Assembly: GCA_035288045.1 (NCBI GenBank)
Contig: DATEBA010000012.1
Span: 15,979-79,978 of the forward strand
DNA: 64,000 nt
Source of the DNA: Actinomycetota bacterium
GTDB lineage: Bacteria; Actinomycetota; UBA4738; HRBIN12
Direction: 5' to 3'
The translations under genes were made by a program, and so were the position numbers. The notes under the pieces were generated by a model. That model searched no databases, was not told where the DNA came from, and saw only the letters and a program-made list of their open reading frames with translations. This document shows positions 1 to 10,026 of the stretch, piece by piece (positions within the stretch are counted from its first letter, which is position 1; the number at the start of each line of letters is the position of its first letter).

Positions 1-1
1 C

Positions 2-622
2 AACGACGGGCTCGGCACGATCCCGCTCGTCTCCCCGGCGGCCTCGTCCACCGCGGAGCTCGTCTACGGGCTGATCCGGAGGATGGGCGGCGAGATCCCG
101 GGGGGCGCCGCCGCCTGCCTGTACGCGGGGCTGGTCACCGACACGGGGCGGTTCCAGTACGAGGCCGTGAGGCCGGAAGTATTGCGACTCGCGGCCGAGC
201 TCCGGGAGTTCCCCTTCGATCACGCGAAGCTCGCGCGGGGCCTCTACGAGGACAACGGGATCGCCTACCTGCGCCTCCTCGGGTCGGCGCTTGGGCGCAT
301 GAAGCACGAGCCCGCCGTCGATATGGTCTGGACCTACCTGACCCGCGCCGATCTGGCCGATGCGGGGGTGCACCCGGCGGAGACCGACGACCTGATCGAC
401 GTGGTTCGCACGGCGCGAGAGGCCGACGTCACCGTGGTGCTCAAGCAGCAGCGCGACGGCAGGTTCAAGGTGAGCATGCGCTCGCGGGGCGGTCACGACC
501 TCGCGACGATCGCCTCGGCAAACGGCGGCGGCGGGCACCGGCTCGCGGCGGGGTACACGTCCGACCTCGGGCCGGCCGACACCATCGAGGCGCTGAAGCG
601 ATCTCTCCGGGGAGGGGCGTGA
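2..622 (+). CDS. nrnA: DHH/DHHA1 phosphoesterase NrnA (oligoribonuclease / pAp phosphatase); C-terminal part, 5' end outside window
   Basis: The reading frame is open from the window edge into ORF 83..622. It shows a DHHA1-like Gly-rich C-terminus (SANGGGGH) and lies upstream of truB as in the rbfA-nrnA-truB cluster. Confidence 0.7.
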   Translation, partial: NDGLGTIPLVSPAASSTAELVYGLIRRMGGEIPGGAAACLYAGLVTDTGRFQYEAVRPEVLRLAAELREFPFDHAKLARGLYEDNGIAYLRLLGSALGRMKHEPAVDMVWTYLTRADLADAGVHPAETDDLIDVVRTAREADVTVVLKQQRDGRFKVSMRSRGGHDLATIASANGGGGHRLAAGYTSDLGPADTIEALKRSLRGGA

Positions 623-1470
623 ACGCGGGTCCCGAGGGCCTTCTCCTCGTCAACAAGCCCGAGGGCGTGACCTCCCACGATGTCGTCGACTCGGTGCGCC
701 GGGCCCTGGGCACGCGAAAGGTCGGGCACGCGGGGACGCTCGACCCCATGGCGACGGGGCTCCTTCTGCTCGGCGTCGGACGTGCGACCCGGCTCCTCCG
801 CTTCCTGTCGGAGCTCGACAAGACCTACGAGGGCACGGCGCGGCTCGGCGAGGAGACGGACACGCTGGATGCCGAGGGCGCGCTCGTTAGGACGGCGCCG
901 GTCGCCGCCGAAAGGTGCGACGTCGAGCGCGCGGCCCGGGCGCTGGTGGGGGAGTCCATGCAGCGACCACCCGCGTATTCGGCCGTGAAGGTGGGAGGCA
1001 AGAAGCTCTACGAGGCGGCGAGGCGAGGCGAGGCCGTCGAAGCCGAGGCCCGGCCGATCCGTATCGAGGCGTTCAACGTGTTCGGCTTCGACGGCCGGGA
1101 CGTCGAGTTCCGGGTGACGTGCAGCAGCGGCACCTACGTGCGCGCGCTTGTGGCCGACCTCGGCAGCACGCTTGGGTGCGGTGCGTACCTCGTCAGGTTG
1201 GTTCGAACGAGCATCGGTGAGTTCGCGCTCGCCGGGGCCGGTCGGCCCGAGGCGCCCGGGGACCCGCTTCCTCTCGAGGCGGCCGTCGCGCACCTCCCCC
1301 GGCTGGACATCGATCAGGAGGAGGCGGTAGCCGCCTCGCACGGAAGGATCCTGGGTCCCGCTGGGATCGCCGGCCCCTACGGGGTCTTCGGTCCCGGCGA
1401 CCGACTGATAGGCGTCTACCGGGATAGGGGCGCCCACGCGCGCCCGCTCGTGATCTTGGGCCCGGCCTGA
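619..1470 (+). CDS. truB: tRNA pseudouridine(55) synthase TruB
   Basis: N-terminus LLLVNKPEGVTSHDVV...GHAGTLDPMATGLL matches the TruB catalytic motif. The start overlaps the nrnA stop by 4 bp. Confidence 0.9.
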   Translation: MNAGPEGLLLVNKPEGVTSHDVVDSVRRALGTRKVGHAGTLDPMATGLLLLGVGRATRLLRFLSELDKTYEGTARLGEETDTLDAEGALVRTAPVAAERCDVERAARALVGESMQRPPAYSAVKVGGKKLYEAARRGEAVEAEARPIRIEAFNVFGFDGRDVEFRVTCSSGTYVRALVADLGSTLGCGAYLVRLVRTSIGEFALAGAGRPEAPGDPLPLEAAVAHLPRLDIDQEEAVAASHGRILGPAGIAGPYGVFGPGDRLIGVYRDRGAHARPLVILGPA

Positions 1471-1561
1471 GAAGTCGGCCCGGTCTTTGCCGAGCCTTAG
1501 TCGAAGCTTTTCCGTCCCGGGATGCGCCGGGTGGTGACTCTCGTCGATTTCACCTTATGAG

Positions 1562-2958
1562 ATGCGATCCGCGATCAGATCCCGTGGCGCACGTGGATGG
1601 GCGGTCGCCCCCGTGCTCGCTGCCGGGGTATTGCTTGCTCCGGTCCGCGGTGCCGCCACGTCCGCGGAGCCGCCCAGCGTGGTCATCATCTACACGGACG
1701 ACCAGCGTGCCGACACCCTCTGGGCGATGCCGAACGTCCAGACGCTGCTCGCGGACCGCGGCGTCACCTTCACCAACGCGTTCGTCGTGAACCCGGTGTG
1801 TTGCCCTAGCCGCTCGAGCCTGCTGACCGGCAAGTATTCCCACTCGACCGGCGTGTGGCGCAACGTCATGCCCTACGGTGGATTCCCGGCACTGGACGAC
1901 TCCTCGACGTTGGCGACGTGGCTTCGGGGGGCGGGGTACTCGACAGGCTTGTTAGGCAAGTACCTGAACGGCTATTGGGACGCGCCCACGTACGTGCCGC
2001 CGGGGTGGGACAGGTGGCGCGTTCCCGCGTTCTGGATACTACGACTACCAGCTGAACGTCGACGGGACCCTCGTGTCACACTGGGCGAGGCCCGCCGACT
2101 ACTCAGCGGACGTGCTCGCCGGGTACGCCAAGTCGTTCCATCGACTCCACGACCGGCCCGCTGTTCATGTACTTCACGCCCTACGCGCCGCACGAGCCCG
2201 CGATCCCCGCGCCGCGTCACGAGACGGCCTTCTCTGACCTGGCCGCCTGGCGGCCGGCCAGCTACAACGAGGCCGACGTCTCCGACAAGCCTGCGTGGGG
2301 TCGGACGGGCCGGCTCTGGGGGGAGACGAAGCAGGCGAAGGTCGACGCGTTCCGCCTGAGCCAGCTCCGTTCGCTGCCGGCCGTCGACGAGGCGGTGGCC
2401 CGGATCGTGGCTGCTCTCGAACGGACCGGCCGGCTGTCGAACACGATGATCGCCTACATGGGAGACAATGGTTTCGCGTGGGGCGAGCACCGCCTGAGAG
2501 GGGAGTTGATGGCGTACGAGGAAAGTATCCGCGTGCCCTTCGTGCTCAGGTACGACCCCCTCGTGAGCCTGGGCCGTGCGGACGAGCACTTCGTCCTCAA
2601 CATCGACGTCGCACCGACGGCCGCCGAGATCGCCGGTGTGACGACGCCGGCCGTGGACGGCCAGAGCCCCGTGCCGCTGTTGACGAACGCGCGGACCGCA
2701 TGGCGGACCGACTTCCTGGTCGAACGGTTGAAGAAGCCGGGGTCTCGGGTACCGAGCTATTGCGCGGTACGCGGGAAGCACGCGATGCTGATCGAATACG
2801 AGACCGGCGAACTGGAGCTGTACGACCTCACGCAGGATCCCTTCGAACTCACCAACCTCGCGTCGGAGCCAAAGCACGCCCCGATGCTCGGGCGGTTGAC
2901 GGACCGCCTTCGGGATCTGTGTAGCTCGCCGCCACCGGGCACGCCGCTGCCGCTCTGA
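1562..2958 (+). pseudogene. Arylsulfatase-family paralog disrupted by two +1 frameshifts
   Basis: Signal peptide and the CCPSRSS (C-x-P-x-R formylglycine) signature are present. Colinear alignment to the intact downstream paralog (3066..4490) requires a frame change near 2018-2022 and again near 2138-2140. The track splits it into ORFs 1562..2359 and 2167..2958. Confidence 0.7.
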
Positions 2959-3065
2959 CCCCGCTCGTTGGTACCAGGGGCTACCGGCCGCGAGATCCCG
3001 CCGAGGGGCCCCAGGCGTCCCCCCGGGATCCATACCGAGAAGTGTCCGGCCTCGGCCTTTAGTCC

Positions 3066-4490
3066 GTGGCGTCCCCTGCCGACAACGCTCTCATGCGAGC
3101 GGTGGCGATCCGGCGAGTCGTGGTCCGGGTCCTGGTCCTCGGAACGGTTCTCCTCGGCCTCGTCCCGGCGCGCTCGGCGCAGGCCGCGCCGCCGGCCGAT
3201 CCTCCGAGCGTCGTTGTCATCTACTCGGACGATCAGCGGTTCGACACCCTGTGGGCGATGCCGACCGTGCAGGACAAGCTCGCCGCAAGAGGGATCACGT
3301 TCTCGAACGCCTTCGTCCCGAACCCGTTGTGCTGCCCGAGCCGCGCGAGCCTACTCACCGGCAGGTACTCGCACAGCAACGGGGTCTGGAACAACGTTCC
3401 GCCCTACGGGGGATTCGATGCTTTCGACGACTCCGAGACGCTCGCCACCTGGCTGCAGGGCGCGGGCTACACCACTGGACTCTTCGGGAAGTACCTGAAC
3501 CGCTACTGGTCCCACGCGGATTACGTTCCGCCGGGGTGGGACCGCTGGGTGGCGTTCCCGCTGTCCGGCTACTTCGACTATCGTCTGAGCTTCGACGGAA
3601 ACGTCGTCTCGTACCGGAGCGATCCGTCCGATTACTCCACCGACGTGCTCGCCTCGGAGGTCGTGTCGTTCATCGAGAGCACGAACGGCCCGCTCTTCGC
3701 CTACTACGCGCCGTACGCGCCCCACGCGCCGTCGACCCCGGCGCCGCGGCACGAGGGTGCCTTCAAAGGAGTCGGGAAATGGAGGCCGGAGAGCTACGAC
3801 GAGGCCGACGTTCTCGACAAGCCGAACTGGGTCCGTGCGCTCAAGCCCTGGGACCACGACAAGAGCTCAACCGTGGACTCACATCGCCGTGACCAGCTGG
3901 CGACGCTTCTAGCTCTCGACGAGGCAGTGGGGCATATCGTGGACGCGCTGAGGCGCACCGGGCGGCTGTCGAACACGATGGTCGTGTTCATGGGTGACAA
4001 CGGCTACTCGCTCGGGGAGCACCGCTGGAAGGGGAAGCACGCTCCGTACGAGGAGTCGATCCGGGTCCCGGCGGTCGTGCGCTACGACCCACTGATCGCG
4101 TCCGCCCGGACCGACGATCAACTGGTGCTCAACATCGACGTGGCTCCAACCGCGCTCGAGCTCGCAGGCGTGGACGTTCCGGACCTCGACGGGAGGAGCC
4201 TCGTCCCGTTGTTCTCCGACCCGAGAGAGTCCTGGCGCTCCGACTTCTTGCTCGAGCGCCTGGCCAAGCCGACGAACCGTGTTCCGAGCTTCTGCGGGGT
4301 GCGAGGGGAGGAGCTCAAGTTCGTCGTCTACGAGACCGGCGAGCAGGAGCTTTACGATCTGGTCGCGGACCCGGGGGAGCTCCGTAACGTCGTCGACGAG
4401 TCCGCGTACGCGGACACGGCGGCGGCCATGCAAACGCGGACGTCCGAACTCTGCACGTCGCCCCCACCGGGGATGACCCTCCCGTTCTGA
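3066..4490 (+). CDS. Secreted sulfatase (formylglycine-dependent sulfatase family)
   Basis: Twin-arginine-like signal peptide, the CCPSRAS sulfatase signature and full-length colinearity with the sulfatase fold. A GTG at 3066 or the ATG at 3093 (MRAVAIRR...) could be the start. Confidence 0.8.
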   Translation: MASPADNALMRAVAIRRVVVRVLVLGTVLLGLVPARSAQAAPPADPPSVVVIYSDDQRFDTLWAMPTVQDKLAARGITFSNAFVPNPLCCPSRASLLTGRYSHSNGVWNNVPPYGGFDAFDDSETLATWLQGAGYTTGLFGKYLNRYWSHADYVPPGWDRWVAFPLSGYFDYRLSFDGNVVSYRSDPSDYSTDVLASEVVSFIESTNGPLFAYYAPYAPHAPSTPAPRHEGAFKGVGKWRPESYDEADVLDKPNWVRALKPWDHDKSSTVDSHRRDQLATLLALDEAVGHIVDALRRTGRLSNTMVVFMGDNGYSLGEHRWKGKHAPYEESIRVPAVVRYDPLIASARTDDQLVLNIDVAPTALELAGVDVPDLDGRSLVPLFSDPRESWRSDFLLERLAKPTNRVPSFCGVRGEELKFVVYETGEQELYDLVADPGELRNVVDESAYADTAAAMQTRTSELCTSPPPGMTLPF

Positions 4491-4528
4491 CCCTCTGAGC
4501 GGCTCCTGACTCCGGTACCCTGCCCGCC

Positions 4529-5467
4529 ATGGACGTGGTGCGAGGCATCGAAGCGCTGCCGCTCGCGGCGGGCCAGGCGGTCGTCACGATCGGGTTCTTC
4601 GACGGGGTCCATCTCGGGCACCGTGCGGTCCTCGTCCGGACGGTCGACGCAGCCCGCGAGCGTGGCGTCCGCGCCGTCGCGGTCACCTTCGACCGTCACC
4701 CGAGGGAGATCCTCACGCCCGACAACGTGCCGCGCCTCATCACGACCGTAGAGCGCAGGGCGTCGCTCATAGAGGCAGTGGGCATCGATACGCTGATCGT
4801 GCTGGAGTTCACCGAGGAACTGTCCCGCTGGCCCGCTGAGGAGTTCATGCGCCGCGTCCTCGCGGAGGGCCTAGCCGCCGTCCACGTCGTGGTCGGGGCC
4901 AACTTCACGTTCGGTCACCGCGCCCTCGGAACGGTCGAGACTCTGTCGAAGGAAGGCCCGACCCACGGGTTCACGGCCGAGGGCGTTGGTCTCCTCGACG
5001 TCGACGGGCGACGGATCTCGTCCTCCTCGGTGCGAGATGCGCTGGCGGAGGGAGACCTCGCCTGGCCGCAGACGGCGCTCGGCCGGCGGTTCGTGCTCGA
5101 CGGCGAGGTCGTGCCCGGCCACGGCCGCGGAAAGGAACTCGGCTTCCCTACGGCGAACCTCCGCACCTGGCCGCGCCTCCTTCTTCCGGGGGGAGGCATC
5201 TACGCCGGACGCGTCGAGCTGCACGGGAGCCCCTACGTGGCCGCCATCAGCGTCGGCACCAACCCGACGTTCGGGGTCGAGCCCCTTCACGTCGAGGCCT
5301 ACCTGCTCGAGTACGACGGGCATGACCTGCGGGGCCAGCCGCTGTCGGTGGAGTTCTGGGCCAGGCTCCGCGACGAGGAGCGCTTCGTGTCCCCCGAGGC
5401 GCTCGTGCGGGCGATCTCGGACGACGTCGAGCGGACGCGGGAGATCGTGTCGGGGCCGGATCGGTGA
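4529..5467 (+). CDS. ribF: Bifunctional riboflavin kinase / FMN adenylyltransferase
   Basis: GFFDGVHLGHRAV nucleotidyltransferase motif plus a C-terminal riboflavin kinase domain; conserved position in the truB cluster. Confidence 0.9.
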   Translation: MDVVRGIEALPLAAGQAVVTIGFFDGVHLGHRAVLVRTVDAARERGVRAVAVTFDRHPREILTPDNVPRLITTVERRASLIEAVGIDTLIVLEFTEELSRWPAEEFMRRVLAEGLAAVHVVVGANFTFGHRALGTVETLSKEGPTHGFTAEGVGLLDVDGRRISSSSVRDALAEGDLAWPQTALGRRFVLDGEVVPGHGRGKELGFPTANLRTWPRLLLPGGGIYAGRVELHGSPYVAAISVGTNPTFGVEPLHVEAYLLEYDGHDLRGQPLSVEFWARLRDEERFVSPEALVRAISDDVERTREIVSGPDR

Positions 5468-6540
5468 CGGGACGCCACGCCCGCAGGAGCAAGGTCCCCT
5501 TAGGGATCGTGGTGGCGGTCCTCCTCCTGTCGGTCGCCGTGGGAATCATGTCGCGGAGCCCGGCGACCGGGCCCGCCGACGCTGTTGCGCCCCGAGCGGG
5601 GACCGCGTCGGCCGCTCCGGGGAGCGAAGCGCTCACTCCAGTTCGTCCCGAGGGCGCGCAGGAAGCGGCTCCTCCCGAGGAGTCCGGCGGACGCCTCGTG
5701 ATCCACGGCGCAGGTGACGTGAACGTCGACCCGACCTACATCCCCAACTTCCGGGCTCACGGGTACGGGTACGCCTGGTCCGGCCTCGGCGGGCTCTTCA
5801 GGCGCGACGACCTAACGGTGATCAACCTCGAGTGCGCCGTGTCCGACCTGGGAGGCGCCGTGCCCAAGGAGTTCAACTTCCGCGGGGATCCCGCTGCCCT
5901 GCCGTCGATGCGCGAGGCCGGCGTCGAGGTGGCGAACCTAGGGAACAACCACGCTTACGACTACGGTCCCGATGCGCTGGTCGACACGATCCGGAACCTG
6001 CGCCGCAACGACATCGCTCCGGTGGGGGCCGGCGCCGACGAGGACGAGGCTCTGTCGCCGGCTCTGCTCGAGGTGAACGGGTGGACGGTTGCGGTCGTGG
6101 GCTTCGACCAGGTCGTGGACCCATACCCCGACGCGATCGCGACGGAGGCGAAGCCAGGGACGGCAGCCGGGCACGACGCCGGCCTGATGGTGCGGGCCAT
6201 CCGCGCTGCCGACCGCGGAGCCGACATCGTGATCGTCACGATCCACTGGGGTGTCGAGCTGGACACGCAGCCGCGGGCAGAGCAGGTCGCCCTCGGCCAT
6301 AGATTCGTCGACGCCGGGGCCGACGTCATATTCGGGCACCACTCCCACCGGCTCCAGCCGATGAGCACCTACAGGCGCCGCCCGATCTTCTGGGGACTCG
6401 GCAACTTCGTGTGGCCCTCGCTGTCGGTCGCCGGCTCCACGACCGCCGTCGCCGAGGTGGTGGTCTCGAAGCACGGCGTCTACCGCGGCGAGCTACTGCC
6501 CGCCTACATCCAGTCGAGCGGGCACCCCGTCCTTCGCTGA
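5464..6540 (+). CDS. CapA/PGA_cap-family metallophosphatase-like protein (poly-gamma-glutamate capsule synthesis-like), membrane anchored
   Basis: N-terminal TM segment followed by a CapA-type domain (NLGNNHAYDYG, IVTIHWGVE, FGHHSHRLQP motifs). GTG start overlaps the ribF stop. Confidence 0.7.
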   Translation: MTGRHARRSKVPLGIVVAVLLLSVAVGIMSRSPATGPADAVAPRAGTASAAPGSEALTPVRPEGAQEAAPPEESGGRLVIHGAGDVNVDPTYIPNFRAHGYGYAWSGLGGLFRRDDLTVINLECAVSDLGGAVPKEFNFRGDPAALPSMREAGVEVANLGNNHAYDYGPDALVDTIRNLRRNDIAPVGAGADEDEALSPALLEVNGWTVAVVGFDQVVDPYPDAIATEAKPGTAAGHDAGLMVRAIRAADRGADIVIVTIHWGVELDTQPRAEQVALGHRFVDAGADVIFGHHSHRLQPMSTYRRRPIFWGLGNFVWPSLSVAGSTTAVAEVVVSKHGVYRGELLPAYIQSSGHPVLR

Positions 6541-7268
6541 TGCCGAACCTGTCCGCCGGCCCGCTCGCGCTGGTGCTGCTCTCCGTCGCCATCGGGGGGA
6601 CGATCCAGGGCGCGATCGGGTTCGGCTTTGCGCTGATTTGCGTCCCGGTGCTTGCGCTGGTGCTGCCCGAGGCCGTCCCGTTCACGGTGCTCTTCCTGGC
6701 ATTGCCCTTGACGGTGTGGATGGCGCTGCGGGAGCGCGCCCACATCGACGTTCGGGGGTTCCTCTCGATCCTGGCCGGTAGGGTGCTCGGGACCGCGGCG
6801 GGCGTCTGGATCCTGGTCGCGGTTTCCTCGGGGGCCGTGTCGGTGCTGCTCGGGTCCCTGATCGTGGTCGCCGTGCTCGTGAGCGCCCTGGGGCTCGACG
6901 TCGAACCGACCCGCGGGATGACCTTCGGGGCGGGGATCGTGTCCGGGGTCATGGGAACCGCCTCGGCGATCGGCGGACCCGCGCTCGTCGTGGTCTACCA
7001 GCGCCGGCCGGGACCGGAGCTCCGTTCGACGCTCGCGCTCTCGTTCACGGTCGGGCTTCTCATGTCGATCGGCGCGCTTCTCGCGGCGGGGGAGATCCGC
7101 GCATGGCACGCCGTGCTGGCCCTCGAGCTGCTGCCCGCACTCGGTCTCGGCCTGTGGCTTTCTCGATCGATCGCCCGGTTCCTCGACGCCCGCTGGCTCC
7201 GGCCGGCAGTGCTCGCGTTCGCCCTCCTCGCGGGCGTCGTCATCGCGGTCCGCGGGGTCCTCGGGTGA
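6540..7268 (+). CDS. TauE/SafE-family (DUF81) sulfite/anion exporter membrane protein
   Basis: Polytopic membrane protein with the two Gly-rich internal repeats typical of TauE. The ATG overlaps the capA-like stop (ATGA). Confidence 0.7.
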   Translation: MPNLSAGPLALVLLSVAIGGTIQGAIGFGFALICVPVLALVLPEAVPFTVLFLALPLTVWMALRERAHIDVRGFLSILAGRVLGTAAGVWILVAVSSGAVSVLLGSLIVVAVLVSALGLDVEPTRGMTFGAGIVSGVMGTASAIGGPALVVVYQRRPGPELRSTLALSFTVGLLMSIGALLAAGEIRAWHAVLALELLPALGLGLWLSRSIARFLDARWLRPAVLAFALLAGVVIAVRGVLG

Positions 7269-7302
7269 GCCCGAGGGCCTGTGGTAGCCTCATCCGGAAC
7301 CC

Positions 7303-7572
7303 ATGGCGCTTCCCACCGAACGCAAATCCCAGATCGTCGCCGAATACAGGCGCTCCGAAACCGACACCGGTTCGACCGAGGTCCAGGTCGCGGTGCTCAC
7401 CAAGCGGATCGAGGAGCTCACCGAGCACCTCAAGGCCCACAAGAAGGACCACGCTTCCCGGCGGGGCCTGCTCCAGCTGGTCGGCCGGCGCCGGCGTCTG
7501 CTCGAGTACCTGAAGCGCGAGGACATCGCCCGCTACCGTGAGCTGATCTCCCGACTGGGGCTCCGGCGATAG
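7303..7572 (+). CDS. rpsO: 30S ribosomal protein S15
   Basis: 89-aa protein with a canonical S15 sequence ([10 protein letters not shown]...LLEYLKRED). Confidence 0.95.
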   Translation: MALPTERKSQIVAEYRRSETDTGSTEVQVAVLTKRIEELTEHLKAHKKDHASRRGLLQLVGRRRRLLEYLKREDIARYRELISRLGLRR

Positions 7573-7745
7573 GAGGGATGCGAACGACCGACTAGTCCGA
7601 CAGGGCGAGGGGCTGCCCGGGTCGGTTATCAGTTGCGAGCTCCCGAGCCGCGCTCGGGCGCCCACCACTGAGAACCGGCCGACTCCTCGCCCCGAGCACC
7701 CGGAGCGCGCGCCCGGCGCGCCCCCACGGCAAGGAGGAACGGCAG

Positions 7746-10016
7746 ATGGCCACCAAGCTCACGAAGACCTTCGGGTCGCAAGACATCACGTTCGAATCCG
7801 GCAAGCTCGCCATGCAGGCGGGCGGGTCCGTGGTCTGCACGCTCGGCGAGACTCAGGTGCTCGCCACCACGACGTCCGCTGCCCCCCGGGAGGGCATCGA
7901 CTTCTTTCCGCTCACGGTCGACGTCGAGGAGCGGATGTACGCGGCAGGAAAGATCCCCGGCGGATTCTTCCGTCGCGAGGGACGGCCGTCCGAGACGGCG
8001 ATCCTGACCGCCCGACTCATCGACCGTCCGCTCCGGCCGACGTTCAGGGACGGCTACAACGACGACGTCCAGGTGGTGATCACCGTCCTCTCGGTCGACA
8101 TGGGCAACCCCTACGACATCCCTGGGATCAACGCCGCAAGCCTGTCCACGATGATCGCAGGGCTGCCGTTCGACGGTCCCGTCGGCGCGGTTCGCATGGG
8201 ACTGATCGGCGGCGAGTGGCGCATCAACCCGACCTTCCAGGAGACCGAGGAGGCGACGTTCGACGTCGTGGTTGCCGGCCGCCGCAGCGACAAGGAAACG
8301 ATCGACATCCTGATGATCGAGGGCGAGGCGCCCGACGATGCCTGGGCGCTTCTGCAGGCCGGCGAGCCCAGCATCCTCCCGACCGAGGAGGTCGTCGCGG
8401 AGGGCCTCGAGGCCGCAAAGAGCGCGATAGACAAGATGGTCGACTTCCAGCTCGATTTCCTGGCCGCGCTCGACGTGCAGCCGAAGCCCTTCGAGCCGAA
8501 GTTCGCCTTCTCCGACGAGACCTTGGGTGCCGTCGAGGCGTTCGCAGGCCCCCGGATCACCGCAGCGCTCGTGCCGGCCGAGCAGGAGCGCGACGAGGCG
8601 CTGTCCGAGATCAAGGACGAGCTGAAGGCCCACCTGCTCCAGACCTGGGGCGAGGAGGGTTTCGCGGAGCGCGCCGCCGAGGTCTCGCCGGCGTTCAAGA
8701 GGCTGCAGAAGAAGGTGATGCGCAAGCGGATCCTCGGCGACGGCGTCCGCCTGGACGGACGGGGCCCGACCGACATCCGCCAGCTGTCCTGCGAGGTCGG
8801 GCTCGTTCCGCGCGCGCACGGCTCGTCGCTGTTCCAAAGGGGCGAGACCCAGGTCCTGAACGTCACCACACTCGGCATGCTTCGGATGACCCAGATGATC
8901 GATACGCTCGACCCCGATGAGTCGAAGCGCTACATCCACCATTACAACTTCCCGCCGTTCTCAACCGGGGAGACCGGTCGGATCGGCTCGCCTCGCCGAC
9001 GGGAGATTGGCCATGGCGCGCTCGCCGAGCGGGCGCTCGTTCCGGTGGTCCCGAGCGAGGAGGAGTTCCCCTACGCCCTCCGGCTCGTCTCGGACGTGCT
9101 GTCCTCGAACGGCTCCACGTCGATGGCGAGCGTGTGCGCTTCGACCCTGTCGCTCATGGATGCCGGCGTGCCGATCAAGGCTCCGGTGGCCGGGATCGCG
9201 ATGGGTCTGATCGCCGAGGGTGAGCGCTACGTGACCCTGACCGACATCCTCGGCGCAGAGGACGCGCTCGGCGACATGGACTTCAAGGTTGCCGGCACGA
9301 GGGACTGGGTGACAGCGATCCAGCTCGACATGAAGGTGACGGGCCTCCCGGCCGAGGCGCTCTCGCAAGCGCTGAAGCAGGCGCGCGAGGCCAGGCTCTT
9401 CATCCTCGACACGATGCTCGCGGCGATCGCCGAGCCGCGTGAGGAGGTGAACGCCAAGGCCCCGAGGATCCTCACCGTCAAGATCCCCGTCGACAAGATC
9501 GGCGAGGTGATCGGCCCCAAGGGCAAGAAGATCAACGAGATAGTCGCCCTCACCGGCGCCGACATCGACATCCAGGACGACGGGACGGTGTTCATCGGGG
9601 CCCGCGAGGGGGCGGGTGCTGAGGAAGCGGCGCGGATCATCGACGAGATCGCCAACCCAAGGCCGGTCCTCGTCGGCGAGCGCTACCAGGGGACGGTCGT
9701 CAAGACGACGACCTTCGGCGCCTTCGTGAACCTGGTACCCGGGCGCGACGGGCTCGTTCACATCTCCAAGCTGGGCCGCGGCAAGCGGCTCTCACGCGTC
9801 GAGGAGGCGGTGAAGGAGGGCGACAGCCTCGAGGTCGAGGTCCAGGAGATCGACGCGATGGGCAAGGTCAGCCTGAAGCCGGTCGGGCCCGAGTGGGAGG
9901 TGCCCGAGGGGACGGTCGTCGAGGAGCAGCCTAGGCGCGAGAGACCATACGCCGACCGTCGGCCGCGCGACCGGGACCGGCGGCCCCGCCGCGATCGCGA
10001 GCCCCGGCGCGACTGA
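7746..10016 (+). CDS. pnp: Polyribonucleotide nucleotidyltransferase (PNPase)
   Basis: Two RNase PH domains, a KH domain and an S1 domain, with an Arg/Asp-rich C-terminal tail. AAGGAGGAAC RBS upstream; conserved rpsO-pnp synteny. Confidence 0.95.
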   Translation: MATKLTKTFGSQDITFESGKLAMQAGGSVVCTLGETQVLATTTSAAPREGIDFFPLTVDVEERMYAAGKIPGGFFRREGRPSETAILTARLIDRPLRPTFRDGYNDDVQVVITVLSVDMGNPYDIPGINAASLSTMIAGLPFDGPVGAVRMGLIGGEWRINPTFQETEEATFDVVVAGRRSDKETIDILMIEGEAPDDAWALLQAGEPSILPTEEVVAEGLEAAKSAIDKMVDFQLDFLAALDVQPKPFEPKFAFSDETLGAVEAFAGPRITAALVPAEQERDEALSEIKDELKAHLLQTWGEEGFAERAAEVSPAFKRLQKKVMRKRILGDGVRLDGRGPTDIRQLSCEVGLVPRAHGSSLFQRGETQVLNVTTLGMLRMTQMIDTLDPDESKRYIHHYNFPPFSTGETGRIGSPRRREIGHGALAERALVPVVPSEEEFPYALRLVSDVLSSNGSTSMASVCASTLSLMDAGVPIKAPVAGIAMGLIAEGERYVTLTDILGAEDALGDMDFKVAGTRDWVTAIQLDMKVTGLPAEALSQALKQAREARLFILDTMLAAIAEPREEVNAKAPRILTVKIPVDKIGEVIGPKGKKINEIVALTGADIDIQDDGTVFIGAREGAGAEEAARIIDEIANPRPVLVGERYQGTVVKTTTFGAFVNLVPGRDGLVHISKLGRGKRLSRVEEAVKEGDSLEVEVQEIDAMGKVSLKPVGPEWEVPEGTVVEEQPRRERPYADRRPRDRDRRPRRDREPRRD

Positions 10017-10026
10017 GGGTCGCGCG

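Noticed and set aside
493-1437. Long antisense ORFs opposite well-supported genes (for example 493..1437-, 1972..3033-, 7629..8942-, 10171..11439-, 16945..18216-, 36563..38719-, 58972..60561-)
   Set aside because: They are typical stop-codon-poor artefacts of ~70% GC DNA. Each overlaps a sense-strand gene that has clear conserved motifs, and none shows recognisable protein motifs or plausible starts.
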